DNA of 64,000 nt from the NCBI GenBank assembly GCA_039989475.1, contig JBDXHU010000009.1:537721-601720 (forward strand), given 5' to 3'. This document shows, one piece after another, positions 35,983-45,168 of this stretch. The stretch comes from Halieaceae bacterium (GTDB taxonomy: Bacteria; Pseudomonadota; Gammaproteobacteria; Pseudomonadales; Halieaceae). Under the pieces are notes generated by a model that saw nothing but the letters and a program-made list of their open reading frames with translations, had not been told where the DNA came from and made no database searches. Numbering within the stretch: the first letter of the stretch is position 1; every line of letters begins with the position of its first letter. The position numbers and the translations under genes were made by a program.

Positions 35983-36643
35983 AATCCAGGAGCCGCATGC
36001 CCTTGTCATCCAGTTCTATGCGTCGCTGTTTATATAAAGCGCCGACGGCTTGCTTGAACACCTTCTTGCTGACACCAAATACCGACTTGATAACCTCGGG
36101 TGAACTCTTGTCCGAGAGCAGAAGCTGACCGTCGTGCTCGGCAAGCTTTTGCAGGATATCCTCCGCCACCGCGTCGATGCGGCCTCGCTGGTAGCCCGGC
36201 TTCACCAGGCTAAGATCAATTTTGCCGTCACTGCGCAGGCGATTGATGTAGCCGGTCACCTGGTCTCCCTTGCGCACCGGTGCAGGCAATTCACTGCTAT
36301 AGAGCAAGCCCCAGCTGTGGTGATCGATCACCGCCTTGTAACCCAGCTCCGTCTTGTCCGCAATTATCAGCGATACTTCCTGTCCGCGTTTGAATTCGGT
36401 GCTGGTGTCATCCAGCCAGTGATCCAGTTTGGTCGAGCCGGCGCTGCGCCCCTGGTTATCAACATAGACACGCACCAGTACATTACTGCCCACCCGCAGA
36501 GGCTGTTGTTGCTCGGCGAAGGGAATAAACAGATCCTTGGGTAAACCCCAGTCAACGAAGCCGCCAATCTCATTAACGGCAACGACTCGCAGCCAGGCGA
36601 CCTCGCCGACCTGGGCCAGGGGAGTGGGTTCGGATGTGTCCAT
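35981..36643 (-). CDS. S1-like RNA-binding domain protein (CvfB/YitL family)
   Basis: Trimmed to the ATG giving MDTSEPTPLAQVGEVAWLRVVAVNEIGGFVDWGLPKDLFIPFAEQ. Repeated S1-like modules and a C-terminal winged-helix-like segment. The track ORF extends into the upstream SDR gene. Confidence 0.7.
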   Translation of the reverse strand: MDTSEPTPLAQVGEVAWLRVVAVNEIGGFVDWGLPKDLFIPFAEQQQPLRVGSNVLVRVYVDNQGRSAGSTKLDHWLDDTSTEFKRGQEVSLIIADKTELGYKAVIDHHSWGLLYSSELPAPVRKGDQVTGYINRLRSDGKIDLSLVKPGYQRGRIDAVAEDILQKLAEHDGQLLLSDKSSPEVIKSVFGVSKKVFKQAVGALYKQRRIELDDKGMRLLD

Positions 36644-36737
36644 GAGGTTTATCCCGTAAGCAGAGTTGCCTGAGAGCGGACCATACTCCAGCGAGCCGGC
36701 TAATGGAATATTGACCCCTGGGCTTGTCTTGCCGGCG

Positions 36738-37547
36738 CTACTTCGCGACCACGTTATCCAGCGCGGTAATGTCAAAGCCAGGGATGTACATCTGCGGCGT
36801 CTTGCCACCGTCGACCGGCAACACGACCCCGGTGATAAACGAGGCCTGATCCGAGGCGAGGAAGCAGATCGCTTCCGCCATTTCCTCTGAACTGCCGTGC
36901 CTGTGCATGGGAATCGAGCCAGCCACTGCGTCCTGTATTGCCTTGTCCTTGCGCGTCGCGGCTTCCATGCCCGGTGTCATGGTGGAACCCGGCGCCACCA
37001 CATTGAGGCGAACGTTATAGGGCGCGGCCTCCATGGCCGCACACTGGGTGAACTGGTTAACTGCCGCCTTGGAAGCGGAATAGGCGCCCGCCGCCATACC
37101 CGCGCGCAGGCTGCTGACCGATGACACATTAACAATCGATCCCGAACCCTGCTCCTGCATCAGCCGCATGGCGGCTTTGCAGCCGACAAAAACGCTGTCC
37201 ACCGAGGCGGTGAAGTTTGACTGCCAGTCGGCAATGCTCTGGTCCAGCACCATTCCACCCTTGACCGACGGTGCATTGTTTACCAGCACATCCAGGCGCC
37301 CGTACTCTGCATAGGTATCGTTGATCAGCGCCTCAAAGCCGTCGAGGTCGTTGACATCCAGGGCCACGCCCTTGCAGCGACCGCCGGCCGCTTCGATACG
37401 CTCCACCAATTCATCCAGCTTGGGTTTGCGCCTGGCGCAGGCCACCACAGTCGCGCCCTCGGCGACAAGTTGTAAGACGCAGCTGCGGCCGATGCCGAGA
37501 CTGCCACCGGTGACAATGGCGACCTTTCCGTCAAAACGTTTGTTCAT
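36738..37547 (-). CDS. Short-chain dehydrogenase/reductase
   Basis: 269 aa. TGGSLGIG, NNAP-like segment, YSASK catalytic motif. Confidence 0.85.
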   Translation of the reverse strand: MNKRFDGKVAIVTGGSLGIGRSCVLQLVAEGATVVACARRKPKLDELVERIEAAGGRCKGVALDVNDLDGFEALINDTYAEYGRLDVLVNNAPSVKGGMVLDQSIADWQSNFTASVDSVFVGCKAAMRLMQEQGSGSIVNVSSVSSLRAGMAAGAYSASKAAVNQFTQCAAMEAAPYNVRLNVVAPGSTMTPGMEAATRKDKAIQDAVAGSIPMHRHGSSEEMAEAICFLASDQASFITGVVLPVDGGKTPQMYIPGFDITALDNVVAK

Positions 37548-37565
37548 GTCTTATCCCCTGGACAA

Positions 37566-38618
37566 TTAATTCGATGCCAGGGCCAGCGTGGCCCTGCCGC
37601 TGAGGTGTGGGCCGCGACTATTGACCCCGGCAAATTCGACGCAGGCCTCGTCACCCGCCCCTGTGGCTTCAAGCCCGACCAGTTCGCCCTGCAGGCTCAT
37701 GCTGTCCCCCGGCAGATTCGGCGCCAGCAAGCGAAACTGGAGGCGTCGCAGGCGACTACCCGGTCCGGCCCAGTCAGTCAGGTAACGCGCAGCCAATCCG
37801 CAACTGGTCAGTATATTCATAAAAATATCGGGCATCCCGGCAGCCTGGGCAGCGGGCAGATTGTGGTGAACCGGGATAAAGTCCTGGCTGGCCAGGGCGC
37901 CGGCCACAATCAGCTTGTGGGTAATCGGTATTACCAGCCTGGGCAACTGCTGGCCGATTTGCAGCTGCGCCATCTTGAGGTCGCTTCCCGGGCTCGCCGC
38001 GCCCTCCTCATCCGCTTCGCCCTCTTCACAACCGGCAGCAGGCGGGGCGACACCAGACTGAGCTCCGGCCTGCGCATTGTCAGCTGCAGGGCAATACTGG
38101 AAGTAGGTGATCAGCGCCTCGGCAAAAAGCTCGTCATTCTGGTCCAGGTATTCCATGCGGTCGGTGAAGAAGTATCCTTCACCCAGCGCCGTACGCTTCA
38201 GTGCGCTGATCTCCACAACCGTCTTGTAGTGATGCACGCGATCACCTTCACGCAGGTAGCGATGAAACTGCAGGTCGTAACTGACCGCGACATTGGCCTG
38301 AAAACCCAGCTGTTCCAAGGCCTGCATGGCCGGGTACGGATGTGCCCTGGTTGACCCGGGCGCGTAGTTGTCGTCGACATCACGCATGGTCCACATCTGC
38401 ATCATTGCCGGCGGCGCCACCGCGCCCGGGTCGCCGAGTCCAACCCTGGCCTGGTAGCCCTCATCGAGGTAGAGCGGCGAACCGTCACCCATGGCGCTAC
38501 ACCACTGCCAGATTTGTGCCCGATTAACAGGGTTAAAACTGTTATAGGGCCCCAGGCGCTGCCCCAGCAAATGCTGCAGCTCGGCACCTGTCCCGACACT
38601 CTGCCCGGCAAGACTCAT
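37566..38618 (-). CDS. Double hot-dog (MaoC_dehydrat_N + MaoC dehydratase) enoyl-CoA hydratase-like protein
   Basis: 350 aa with two hot-dog-like halves separated by an Ala/Gly/Glu-rich linker. The C-terminal half has the MaoC-like segment DFIPVHHNLPAAQAAGMPDIFMN. Confidence 0.65.
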   Translation of the reverse strand: MSLAGQSVGTGAELQHLLGQRLGPYNSFNPVNRAQIWQWCSAMGDGSPLYLDEGYQARVGLGDPGAVAPPAMMQMWTMRDVDDNYAPGSTRAHPYPAMQALEQLGFQANVAVSYDLQFHRYLREGDRVHHYKTVVEISALKRTALGEGYFFTDRMEYLDQNDELFAEALITYFQYCPAADNAQAGAQSGVAPPAAGCEEGEADEEGAASPGSDLKMAQLQIGQQLPRLVIPITHKLIVAGALASQDFIPVHHNLPAAQAAGMPDIFMNILTSCGLAARYLTDWAGPGSRLRRLQFRLLAPNLPGDSMSLQGELVGLEATGAGDEACVEFAGVNSRGPHLSGRATLALASN

Positions 38619-38707
38619 TCACAGAACTCCCACACTAAAATCACAGTCTGGCACGGCGCCAGAGCTGCAGCCATGACCGATCAGACCATATACATAGACC
38701 GTTTAGT

Positions 38708-39790
38708 TCAGGCGCCGCCAGCCTGATTGAGACTGTCGCGGTAGGCCTTCGGGGTAACCCCCATCCAGCCACGGAATGAGCGCACAAAAGAGCTGGGCTC
38801 GGTAAAGCCCAACAGCTCGGCGAGATCGTTGATGCGGGTATCGTCGCGACCCAGGTGCTCAATCGCAATTTCGCAGCGCACCTGGTCTTTAATGCTCTGG
38901 TAGCTGGTTTCCTCCTTGAGCAGGCGTCGTCGCAGGCTGGACTCGGACATATGCAGGCTGTGGGCCATTTGCTCGAAGGAGGGAATGCCCTCACTGAAAT
39001 CCAGTTTTATCAGGGAGCGAATCGCCGCCGTGGTGCTGGCGGGCTTGCTGCTCAGGATGCTCAACTCATAGACCACGTTTTTGAGAAAGGCCTGCAGGGA
39101 TTCATTACTGTGCACCAGGCGGCGTTCCAGGTAGTCCCGGGATGCCACAAACTTGTTTTCAGAGGATTCAAATTTCAAGGGGCAGTTAAACACCCTGGAC
39201 AGACCATCGCGATAGGCGTCGGACACATGGGGCGCGGCTATCTGCACCTCTTCGAGGTCGATCGAGCGACCGATGAGCCAACCACAGAGGCCATACCAGA
39301 CCATCAGCCCCGAGGCCCGCGACACACTCTGCTGGTGCTCCGCACGGTCCCAGCCCTCAGGGGCAAACACCTTGTCATTGGGATCCAGGCGCACCCGGTA
39401 ATGCAGCTCAAATTTGTCATCTACCAGCTGCAAGCGCATGCGGTAACCCAGCATGGGATAGAGCATGTGGTCATAGCGCTGGGCCAGGGCGAGCGCATCG
39501 CCCAGGGTCTTGCCGCCAATAATGCAATGGCACATCAATTCGAAGGCTTCACTACCCATGCCCGCCGCCCAGGGGATAGGCCGCTTCAGGGTTTGCATTT
39601 GTTGCACCGCGTTGCGGTACATGGCCGAGTAGTCGGCACCGGAGAGACGATGATCCTCAGGTAAGCGCAGCAGTTGGCGCCGACTCAGGTCCAGCGGTGC
39701 CAGCATTGCTTCCGGATCGAGGCCAATGCGCTCCATGTAATCGAGCAGGCGCAAAAACTTGCGCGCCGGGACCAGGAATTTGGTTGCCAT
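38708..39790 (-). CDS. AraC-family transcriptional regulator
   Basis: C-terminal double HTH (SLHMSESSLRRRLLKEETSYQSIKDQVRCEIAIEHL...LGFTEPSSFVRSFRGWMGVTPKAYR). I prefer the ATG at 39790, which has a GGAGG SD, over the track GTG at 39796. Confidence 0.85.
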   Translation of the reverse strand: MATKFLVPARKFLRLLDYMERIGLDPEAMLAPLDLSRRQLLRLPEDHRLSGADYSAMYRNAVQQMQTLKRPIPWAAGMGSEAFELMCHCIIGGKTLGDALALAQRYDHMLYPMLGYRMRLQLVDDKFELHYRVRLDPNDKVFAPEGWDRAEHQQSVSRASGLMVWYGLCGWLIGRSIDLEEVQIAAPHVSDAYRDGLSRVFNCPLKFESSENKFVASRDYLERRLVHSNESLQAFLKNVVYELSILSSKPASTTAAIRSLIKLDFSEGIPSFEQMAHSLHMSESSLRRRLLKEETSYQSIKDQVRCEIAIEHLGRDDTRINDLAELLGFTEPSSFVRSFRGWMGVTPKAYRDSLNQAGGA

Positions 39791-39816
39791 GTACACCTCC
39801 AGTGCAGGAAGTGTAC

Positions 39817-39842
39817 AAAAAAAACCCGGGACAAGCCCGGGT
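39817..39842 (-). terminator. Rho-independent terminator of the TBDR gene 39864..42272
   Basis: On the minus strand: ACCCGGG-CTTGT-CCCGGGT followed by TTTTTTTT. It begins about 22 nt after the TBDR stop. Confidence 0.8.
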
Positions 39843-39863
39843 CAAATAATACAGCCAGGGAGT

Positions 39864-42272
39864 TTAGAAACGGTATCCCACCGAGGCCGCCCAGGTGCGC
39901 GGCGGGTTATAACCACCGGTGGCTACAATGCCGATATCGAAGGTATTCACCAGCACTCGTTCGTCATTCAGGTTCTTGCCTTCAACTGCTATACGCCAGC
40001 GATCATCACTGGTCGTGAAAGCCACCATGGCATTCCAGATATAGTGGTCATCTGCCTGCTGTGCCTGCTGCAGTGGATCGGTGGTGTCGATCGGCGAGCT
40101 GGTATACATCTCGTCCTGGTAGGACACATCGGTACCGATGATCACGTCGCCATAGTTGGCCAGCGGAAATTCATAGGAGGCGCGCAATTGTCCGGTCCAT
40201 TCCGGCGAATAGCCCAGCTCGGTGGTGTTGGATAAATCGATCTTGTTACCGTCGTCATCCTTGGACGAGAAGGAATCCACATCGTTGTCGAGGTAACCCA
40301 GGTTGAAATTGAAACTGAGGCCCTCGACCGGTGGCAGCCAGGTCACTTCAAGCTCAGCACCCTGGCCGGTGACCTCACCCACGTTGGACGTAATCTCCTG
40401 CAGGTCGCCACTGGGCAACAGCTGAATAGCGGACAATTGCTTGTCGGTGTAATCGTTGTAGAAAGCTTCCGCGTTGACGCGCAGGGTGCCATCCAACAGG
40501 GTCGACTTCACACCCAGGGTGTAAGTAGTCACCTTCTCCGGGTCGTAAGAGCTGGCGTTTCCGCCGCTGCGGTTGAAGCCACCGGACTTGAAACCGGTGG
40601 CGATACCGCCGTAGGCCATGACGTCATCACTGAAGTTATAGGAAAGCCGACCACTGGGCGTGAACTCGGTCCAGTCATCATCGGCATTGGTATCCTCAGG
40701 CGCACTCATTTCGAAGAAGCGAGGATTGGCGGCCCAGGCCAGGAACAAGGGGCTGGCTTCGACATTCGCCTCCTGTCCGGGCTGGATGGCGAGCACCGCA
40801 GAGGATGGCAAGCCGACGAAAGGCTGCAGCAGGGCGAGGGCATAGAAGCCCTGGTCGACCGTGGCGCGCTGGGACTCGTCTTTCTCATCCCGGGTGTAGC
40901 GACCACCAACCGACAGCTGCCAGTCCTCGGCAAAATCCCAGTCGACATTGCCGTACGCCGAGTAGGAATCGAGGTCGCGATCATCCTTGTAGGTGTCCTT
41001 GGTGTGGTATTGCACCGCGCGCAGACGCGGCGTCTGGAAGGTGGTGTTGGTATCCTGGGTCTGGCGACCATTCAGGTAATAGGCGCCAAACACCCCGGTC
41101 ACTGCATCGCCGGTAAAATTGAGCTGGAATTCCTGGCTGATGTCGTCACTGTCCAGGCCGTCGCGGATGGTATTGATCCAGTCCTGGCTGCTGCCATCGA
41201 AGTCGAAAGGCTGGGTCTGACGCAGGAAACGCGCGCCGGTGACCGACTTCAGTGCCCAGCGATCATTGATATCCCAGCTCACGGTCAAGCCCACATTGGT
41301 TTGCTTGATCTCGTACTGGTCATAACCCCTGATAAACGAGGTCGCCACATCGTCCTCATCCCTGGGGAAGCTGACATCATGGGGCGTATCGTACAAAGCG
41401 GTGCCGGGGCCGAAGAACAGGCTGGCGCCGGTGGTCACGAAATCAATGCCGCCAATGGTGGCGAGGTCCAGCGCAACCCGGTTGGGTACCGGCGGCTTGG
41501 CTGAGTCCTTGTTGTAATCCGCTACCAGATTGATCTTCAGGTTGTCGATCGGTGTCCACAGCAAGGTGCCGCGGATCGCGCCGGTATCGGCATCCCAGGG
41601 CTCACCGCCATTATAGCTGTTGTCCTGGTAGCCATCACGCTGCTTGTAGGAGAATGCCACACTGCCAAACAGGGTGTTATCCACGAGGGGGCCGGATACG
41701 GCGCCCTTGATACGGTAGTAGGAGTCTGAGCCACCTTTGACCTCCAGGTTCGCTTCCAGCTCGTCGCCGGGCTCCCGGGTGATATATTTAACGGCACCGC
41801 CTATGGTATTGCGTCCGTACAGGTTGCCCTGCGGGCCCTTGAGTAATTCGATGCGCTCAACGTCGAACACATCCAGCAGCGAACCGCTGGTGCGGTTCAG
41901 GTAAATATCGTCGACGTAGATGCCCACACCCTGGTCAAGGCCGGGATCGTTACCGATACCGCGCATGAATACGGAGATGGCACCACCCACCAGGCCACTG
42001 GTTTCATTCATGGTGACATTGGGAGTCATGCGGGCGACCTCGGTAATGTCGTCAACCTGCAAATTCTGCAACTGATCACCGGTAAACGCGGACACCGCCA
42101 TGGGCACGTCCTGCAAATTCTCGTTGCGCTTGCGGGCGGTAACCACCACTTCTTCAATGGTGCCCGAGGCTCTGGCCGGGGCGTCCTGGGCCAGCACGAC
42201 ACCGGGGCAGGATAGTGAACTTGCCAGGGCGATAGACGCAGCCATCATTTTCTTTTCTGGGGTAAATGCCAT
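39864..42272 (-). CDS. TonB-dependent receptor
   Basis: 802 aa. Signal peptide, plug IEEVVVTARKRNENLQDVPMAVSAF...IELLKGPQGNLYGRNTIGGAVKY, canonical C-terminal ...VGYRF. Confidence 0.9.
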   Translation of the reverse strand: MAFTPEKKMMAASIALASSLSCPGVVLAQDAPARASGTIEEVVVTARKRNENLQDVPMAVSAFTGDQLQNLQVDDITEVARMTPNVTMNETSGLVGGAISVFMRGIGNDPGLDQGVGIYVDDIYLNRTSGSLLDVFDVERIELLKGPQGNLYGRNTIGGAVKYITREPGDELEANLEVKGGSDSYYRIKGAVSGPLVDNTLFGSVAFSYKQRDGYQDNSYNGGEPWDADTGAIRGTLLWTPIDNLKINLVADYNKDSAKPPVPNRVALDLATIGGIDFVTTGASLFFGPGTALYDTPHDVSFPRDEDDVATSFIRGYDQYEIKQTNVGLTVSWDINDRWALKSVTGARFLRQTQPFDFDGSSQDWINTIRDGLDSDDISQEFQLNFTGDAVTGVFGAYYLNGRQTQDTNTTFQTPRLRAVQYHTKDTYKDDRDLDSYSAYGNVDWDFAEDWQLSVGGRYTRDEKDESQRATVDQGFYALALLQPFVGLPSSAVLAIQPGQEANVEASPLFLAWAANPRFFEMSAPEDTNADDDWTEFTPSGRLSYNFSDDVMAYGGIATGFKSGGFNRSGGNASSYDPEKVTTYTLGVKSTLLDGTLRVNAEAFYNDYTDKQLSAIQLLPSGDLQEITSNVGEVTGQGAELEVTWLPPVEGLSFNFNLGYLDNDVDSFSSKDDDGNKIDLSNTTELGYSPEWTGQLRASYEFPLANYGDVIIGTDVSYQDEMYTSSPIDTTDPLQQAQQADDHYIWNAMVAFTTSDDRWRIAVEGKNLNDERVLVNTFDIGIVATGGYNPPRTWAASVGYRF

Positions 42273-42518
42273 TGTGGGTCTCCCTACACGTGCGCGTTAA
42301 TTATTTATTATCAATTAATTTGGAATTTCAGGCTGTCATCCTAATATTTGGGCGGTTTTTAAACAGGGCGCGAAAAACCAGATTGATTAGCATTTCCGTT
42401 CAGGCCCCCAGGGGCGCGAACTTAGATGTCTACCAATGGGAACGCTTTTGCCCTGTGTGACTTTGCCCCGTTGTTTCATAGTGTGTGCCTCCCAGCAACA
42501 AGCCAGAAGCACGCAATC

Positions 42519-43016
42519 ATGTCAGCCATGCAGCAACTCAACAAGCAGATTCAGCACGAAGTCACGGTGGCCGGCCTCAGCAATGCCTTCTTTAACGGGG
42601 TGATCGCCTGGCTGCTGCTAAAAGGTGGCAGCAATCTCACCCTGGCCGGGGAACACAGCTATGCGGTGGACATCCTGGCGACTGCATTCATCCTGCCCTT
42701 CATCGTCACCCTGATCGTCATCCCACTTAACCAGCGCAAGCAGGCGGCGGGAAAAATTCCCGCAGTCAGGCTTGACCAGGGTCATTGGCTGGAAGCCGGT
42801 GTACTGTGCTTTCCAGCCTCACTGGGCATGCGCGCCCTGTATTTTGGCTTCTTCAGCATGCTCATTTTCTCGCCGCTGACCTTGCTACCCCTGTGGTTAC
42901 TGGGACTGCATGAATTCACCCCCGCCGCCTACGCGGCTTTCAAGGGCGTCTGGGCGGGTGCGATGGCCGCCGCACTGACCCCGCCCATGCTATTGCTCGC
43001 CGTCGGCAAGGACTGA
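42519..43016 (+). CDS. Hypothetical 4-TM membrane protein (165 aa)
   Basis: The track ORF 42426..43016 is trimmed to MSAMQQLNK... Four hydrophobic segments. The stop is 3 nt before the start of the flavoenzyme gene. No family recognised. Confidence 0.5.
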   Translation: MSAMQQLNKQIQHEVTVAGLSNAFFNGVIAWLLLKGGSNLTLAGEHSYAVDILATAFILPFIVTLIVIPLNQRKQAAGKIPAVRLDQGHWLEAGVLCFPASLGMRALYFGFFSMLIFSPLTLLPLWLLGLHEFTPAAYAAFKGVWAGAMAAALTPPMLLLAVGKD

Positions 43017-43019
43017 AGC

Positions 43020-45143
43020 ATGCGCTATACGCGATTAATGACGCCGGGGCACATTGGCCAGCTCGAGATCAGGAACCGCATTTTACTGGCCGCCATGGGT
43101 TCAAACTTTGCCGAGTCCGATGGCAGCTGTGGAGAGCGGATACAGGCCTATTACGAGGAACGCGCCCGCGGTGGTTGTGGACTGCTGGTCATGGAAACCG
43201 CTGCTGTCGCCTGGCCGGCCGGCTCCACCATGCCTAACACGGTGGGCTTTTCCGAGGATCGTTTCATCCCGGGTTTGCAGCAGCTTACCGCCAGGGTGCA
43301 CAAGCACGGGGCGAAAATTGCGGCCCAGTTAAACCACGGCGGCAAGGTAGCCCAGGAAGATGTGGCCGCGGGTCGCCCGCTCCTGGTGCCCTCTATTCCC
43401 ACTAAGGCCGGCAGCGATATGTTCGAGCTGCTCACGCCGGAAGAACTGGCCAATTTTGTGAAAGCCGCCGGGCCCGATGGCCAGGGCGCGCGCTATCGCG
43501 AGATGACGGCCGCCGATATCCAAACCCTGATTGCCCAGTTTGTCACCGCTGCCGAGCGCGCCCGTACGGCGGGTTTTGATGCCATCGAGATTCACGCAGG
43601 CCACGGCTATGTCCTGTCCAGCTTTCTGTCACCGGCCGTTAACAAGCGCAAAGATCAATATGGCGGCAGCCGCGAAAATCGCGCGCGCTTGCTGTGCGAG
43701 GTCATCATCGCAGTGCGCCAGGCTGTCGGCAGGGACTTCCCCATCATGGTTCGTTTCGACGCCATGGAATACCGCATCGACGGCGGCATCAGCCTGGAGG
43801 ATGCGCTGGTCACCGCCCGCATGGCCGAGGCCGCCGGCGCTGACGCGCTGGATGTCAGCGCCTACGGCAATACCGCTATTGGCATCGCCTTTACCGAGGC
43901 ACCACTGGTGCACCAGCCCGGCGGCTTCCTGGCATTTGCCAAAGCGGTCAAGGCAGCGGTGAGGGTGCCGGTGATCGCCGTTGGGCGCATAGAACTCGAG
44001 GCCGCAGAAAAAGGGCTGGTCGCAGGGGATTTCGATTTTGTTGCCATGGGACGCAAGTTACTGGCCGACCCGGAGTTGCCCAACAAGATAGCCACTGACA
44101 AGGCGGAATCGATTCGCCCCTGCATCTACTGCTATGTCTGTGTCAGCAAAATATTTATCAACGAACCCATGTGCTGTGCGGTCAACCCGGCGGTGGGGCG
44201 CGAACACAGATTGGGTCTCATCCACAGCACCGCACAACAGAAACGCGTGCTGGTGATCGGCGGCGGCCCGGCCGGGCTGGAAGCGGCCCAGGTGCTGGCC
44301 AAACGCGGCTGCGAGGTCAGTCTGTGGGAGAAAGAGAAAGATCTTGGCGGCACCGCCCGCATCGCCGCCCTGCCCTATGAACCCAATGGTCGGCTGGTAA
44401 AGCACCTGGTTCAGGAAGTGCGCGCGCTGCCTGTTGCGGTGAGCACCGGCAAGATCGCTGATCTCGATGGCATCCGCGCCCACAATCCCGACGTGGTGCT
44501 GGTGGCCACTGGCGCCAACCGCGAGGCACCGCCGATTCCAGGTAAGGATCAGCGCCACGTCTTTGATGGCAACGAATTACGCGGCGTGCTGTTTGGCAGT
44601 GACCCGGCTGCGATCGCCAAGCTGAACCTGTTTCAGCGGCTGATGCTGACCATGGCACGGATCAGCCAACTAACCCGCAATATCGCCGCAATGCGCCTGC
44701 TCAGCAAACTGTGGATGCCGCTGTCCAAACGCATTGTGCTGGTCGGCGGTGGCCTGGTGGGGCTGGAGTTGGCGGAATACCTGGTTGAACGCGGTCGCAA
44801 GGTAACGGTGCTGGAACCCTCCAACAACCTGGGCGCAGAACTGAGTATCGTGAGGCGCGCGCGGGTGGTACATGAGCTGCGTGCTCATGGCGTAAACCTG
44901 CACAAGGGAGTGTCAATTACCGAGATTGGCAAGGATACGGTGACATTCAGTGATCAAGACGGCCAGCCACAGCAGATAGAAGCGCCCCAGGTCATCATCG
45001 CCATGGGGGCGGTCGCGGACACACAACTGGCGGACGCCTTGCAGGCCGCCGGTATTGCGGCGATCAGCGCCGGTGACTGCCGGGAAGTTGGCTACATAGA
45101 GGGTGCCATACTGGGCGGCCGTGAGGCGGCGCTAAACATATAA
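43020..45143 (+). CDS. NADH:flavin oxidoreductase with FAD/NAD(P) domain and 4Fe-4S motif (2,4-dienoyl-CoA-reductase-like), paralog of 11120..13237
   Basis: 707 aa. IRNRILLAAMG, HAGHGYVLSSFLSP, RPCIYCYVC...C, VIGGGPAG, LVGGGLVGLE. Confidence 0.85.
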   Translation: MRYTRLMTPGHIGQLEIRNRILLAAMGSNFAESDGSCGERIQAYYEERARGGCGLLVMETAAVAWPAGSTMPNTVGFSEDRFIPGLQQLTARVHKHGAKIAAQLNHGGKVAQEDVAAGRPLLVPSIPTKAGSDMFELLTPEELANFVKAAGPDGQGARYREMTAADIQTLIAQFVTAAERARTAGFDAIEIHAGHGYVLSSFLSPAVNKRKDQYGGSRENRARLLCEVIIAVRQAVGRDFPIMVRFDAMEYRIDGGISLEDALVTARMAEAAGADALDVSAYGNTAIGIAFTEAPLVHQPGGFLAFAKAVKAAVRVPVIAVGRIELEAAEKGLVAGDFDFVAMGRKLLADPELPNKIATDKAESIRPCIYCYVCVSKIFINEPMCCAVNPAVGREHRLGLIHSTAQQKRVLVIGGGPAGLEAAQVLAKRGCEVSLWEKEKDLGGTARIAALPYEPNGRLVKHLVQEVRALPVAVSTGKIADLDGIRAHNPDVVLVATGANREAPPIPGKDQRHVFDGNELRGVLFGSDPAAIAKLNLFQRLMLTMARISQLTRNIAAMRLLSKLWMPLSKRIVLVGGGLVGLELAEYLVERGRKVTVLEPSNNLGAELSIVRRARVVHELRAHGVNLHKGVSITEIGKDTVTFSDQDGQPQQIEAPQVIIAMGAVADTQLADALQAAGIAAISAGDCREVGYIEGAILGGREAALNI

Positions 45144-45168
45144 GTTGTAGCAATAACTGGAGACGAAC

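Noticed and set aside
42266-42460. 64-aa ORF in the AT-rich region upstream of the third TBDR.
   Set aside because: It overlaps the TBDR start codon region on the opposite strand. It has atypical composition, no SD and no motif. The region is better explained as a divergent promoter/operator region.
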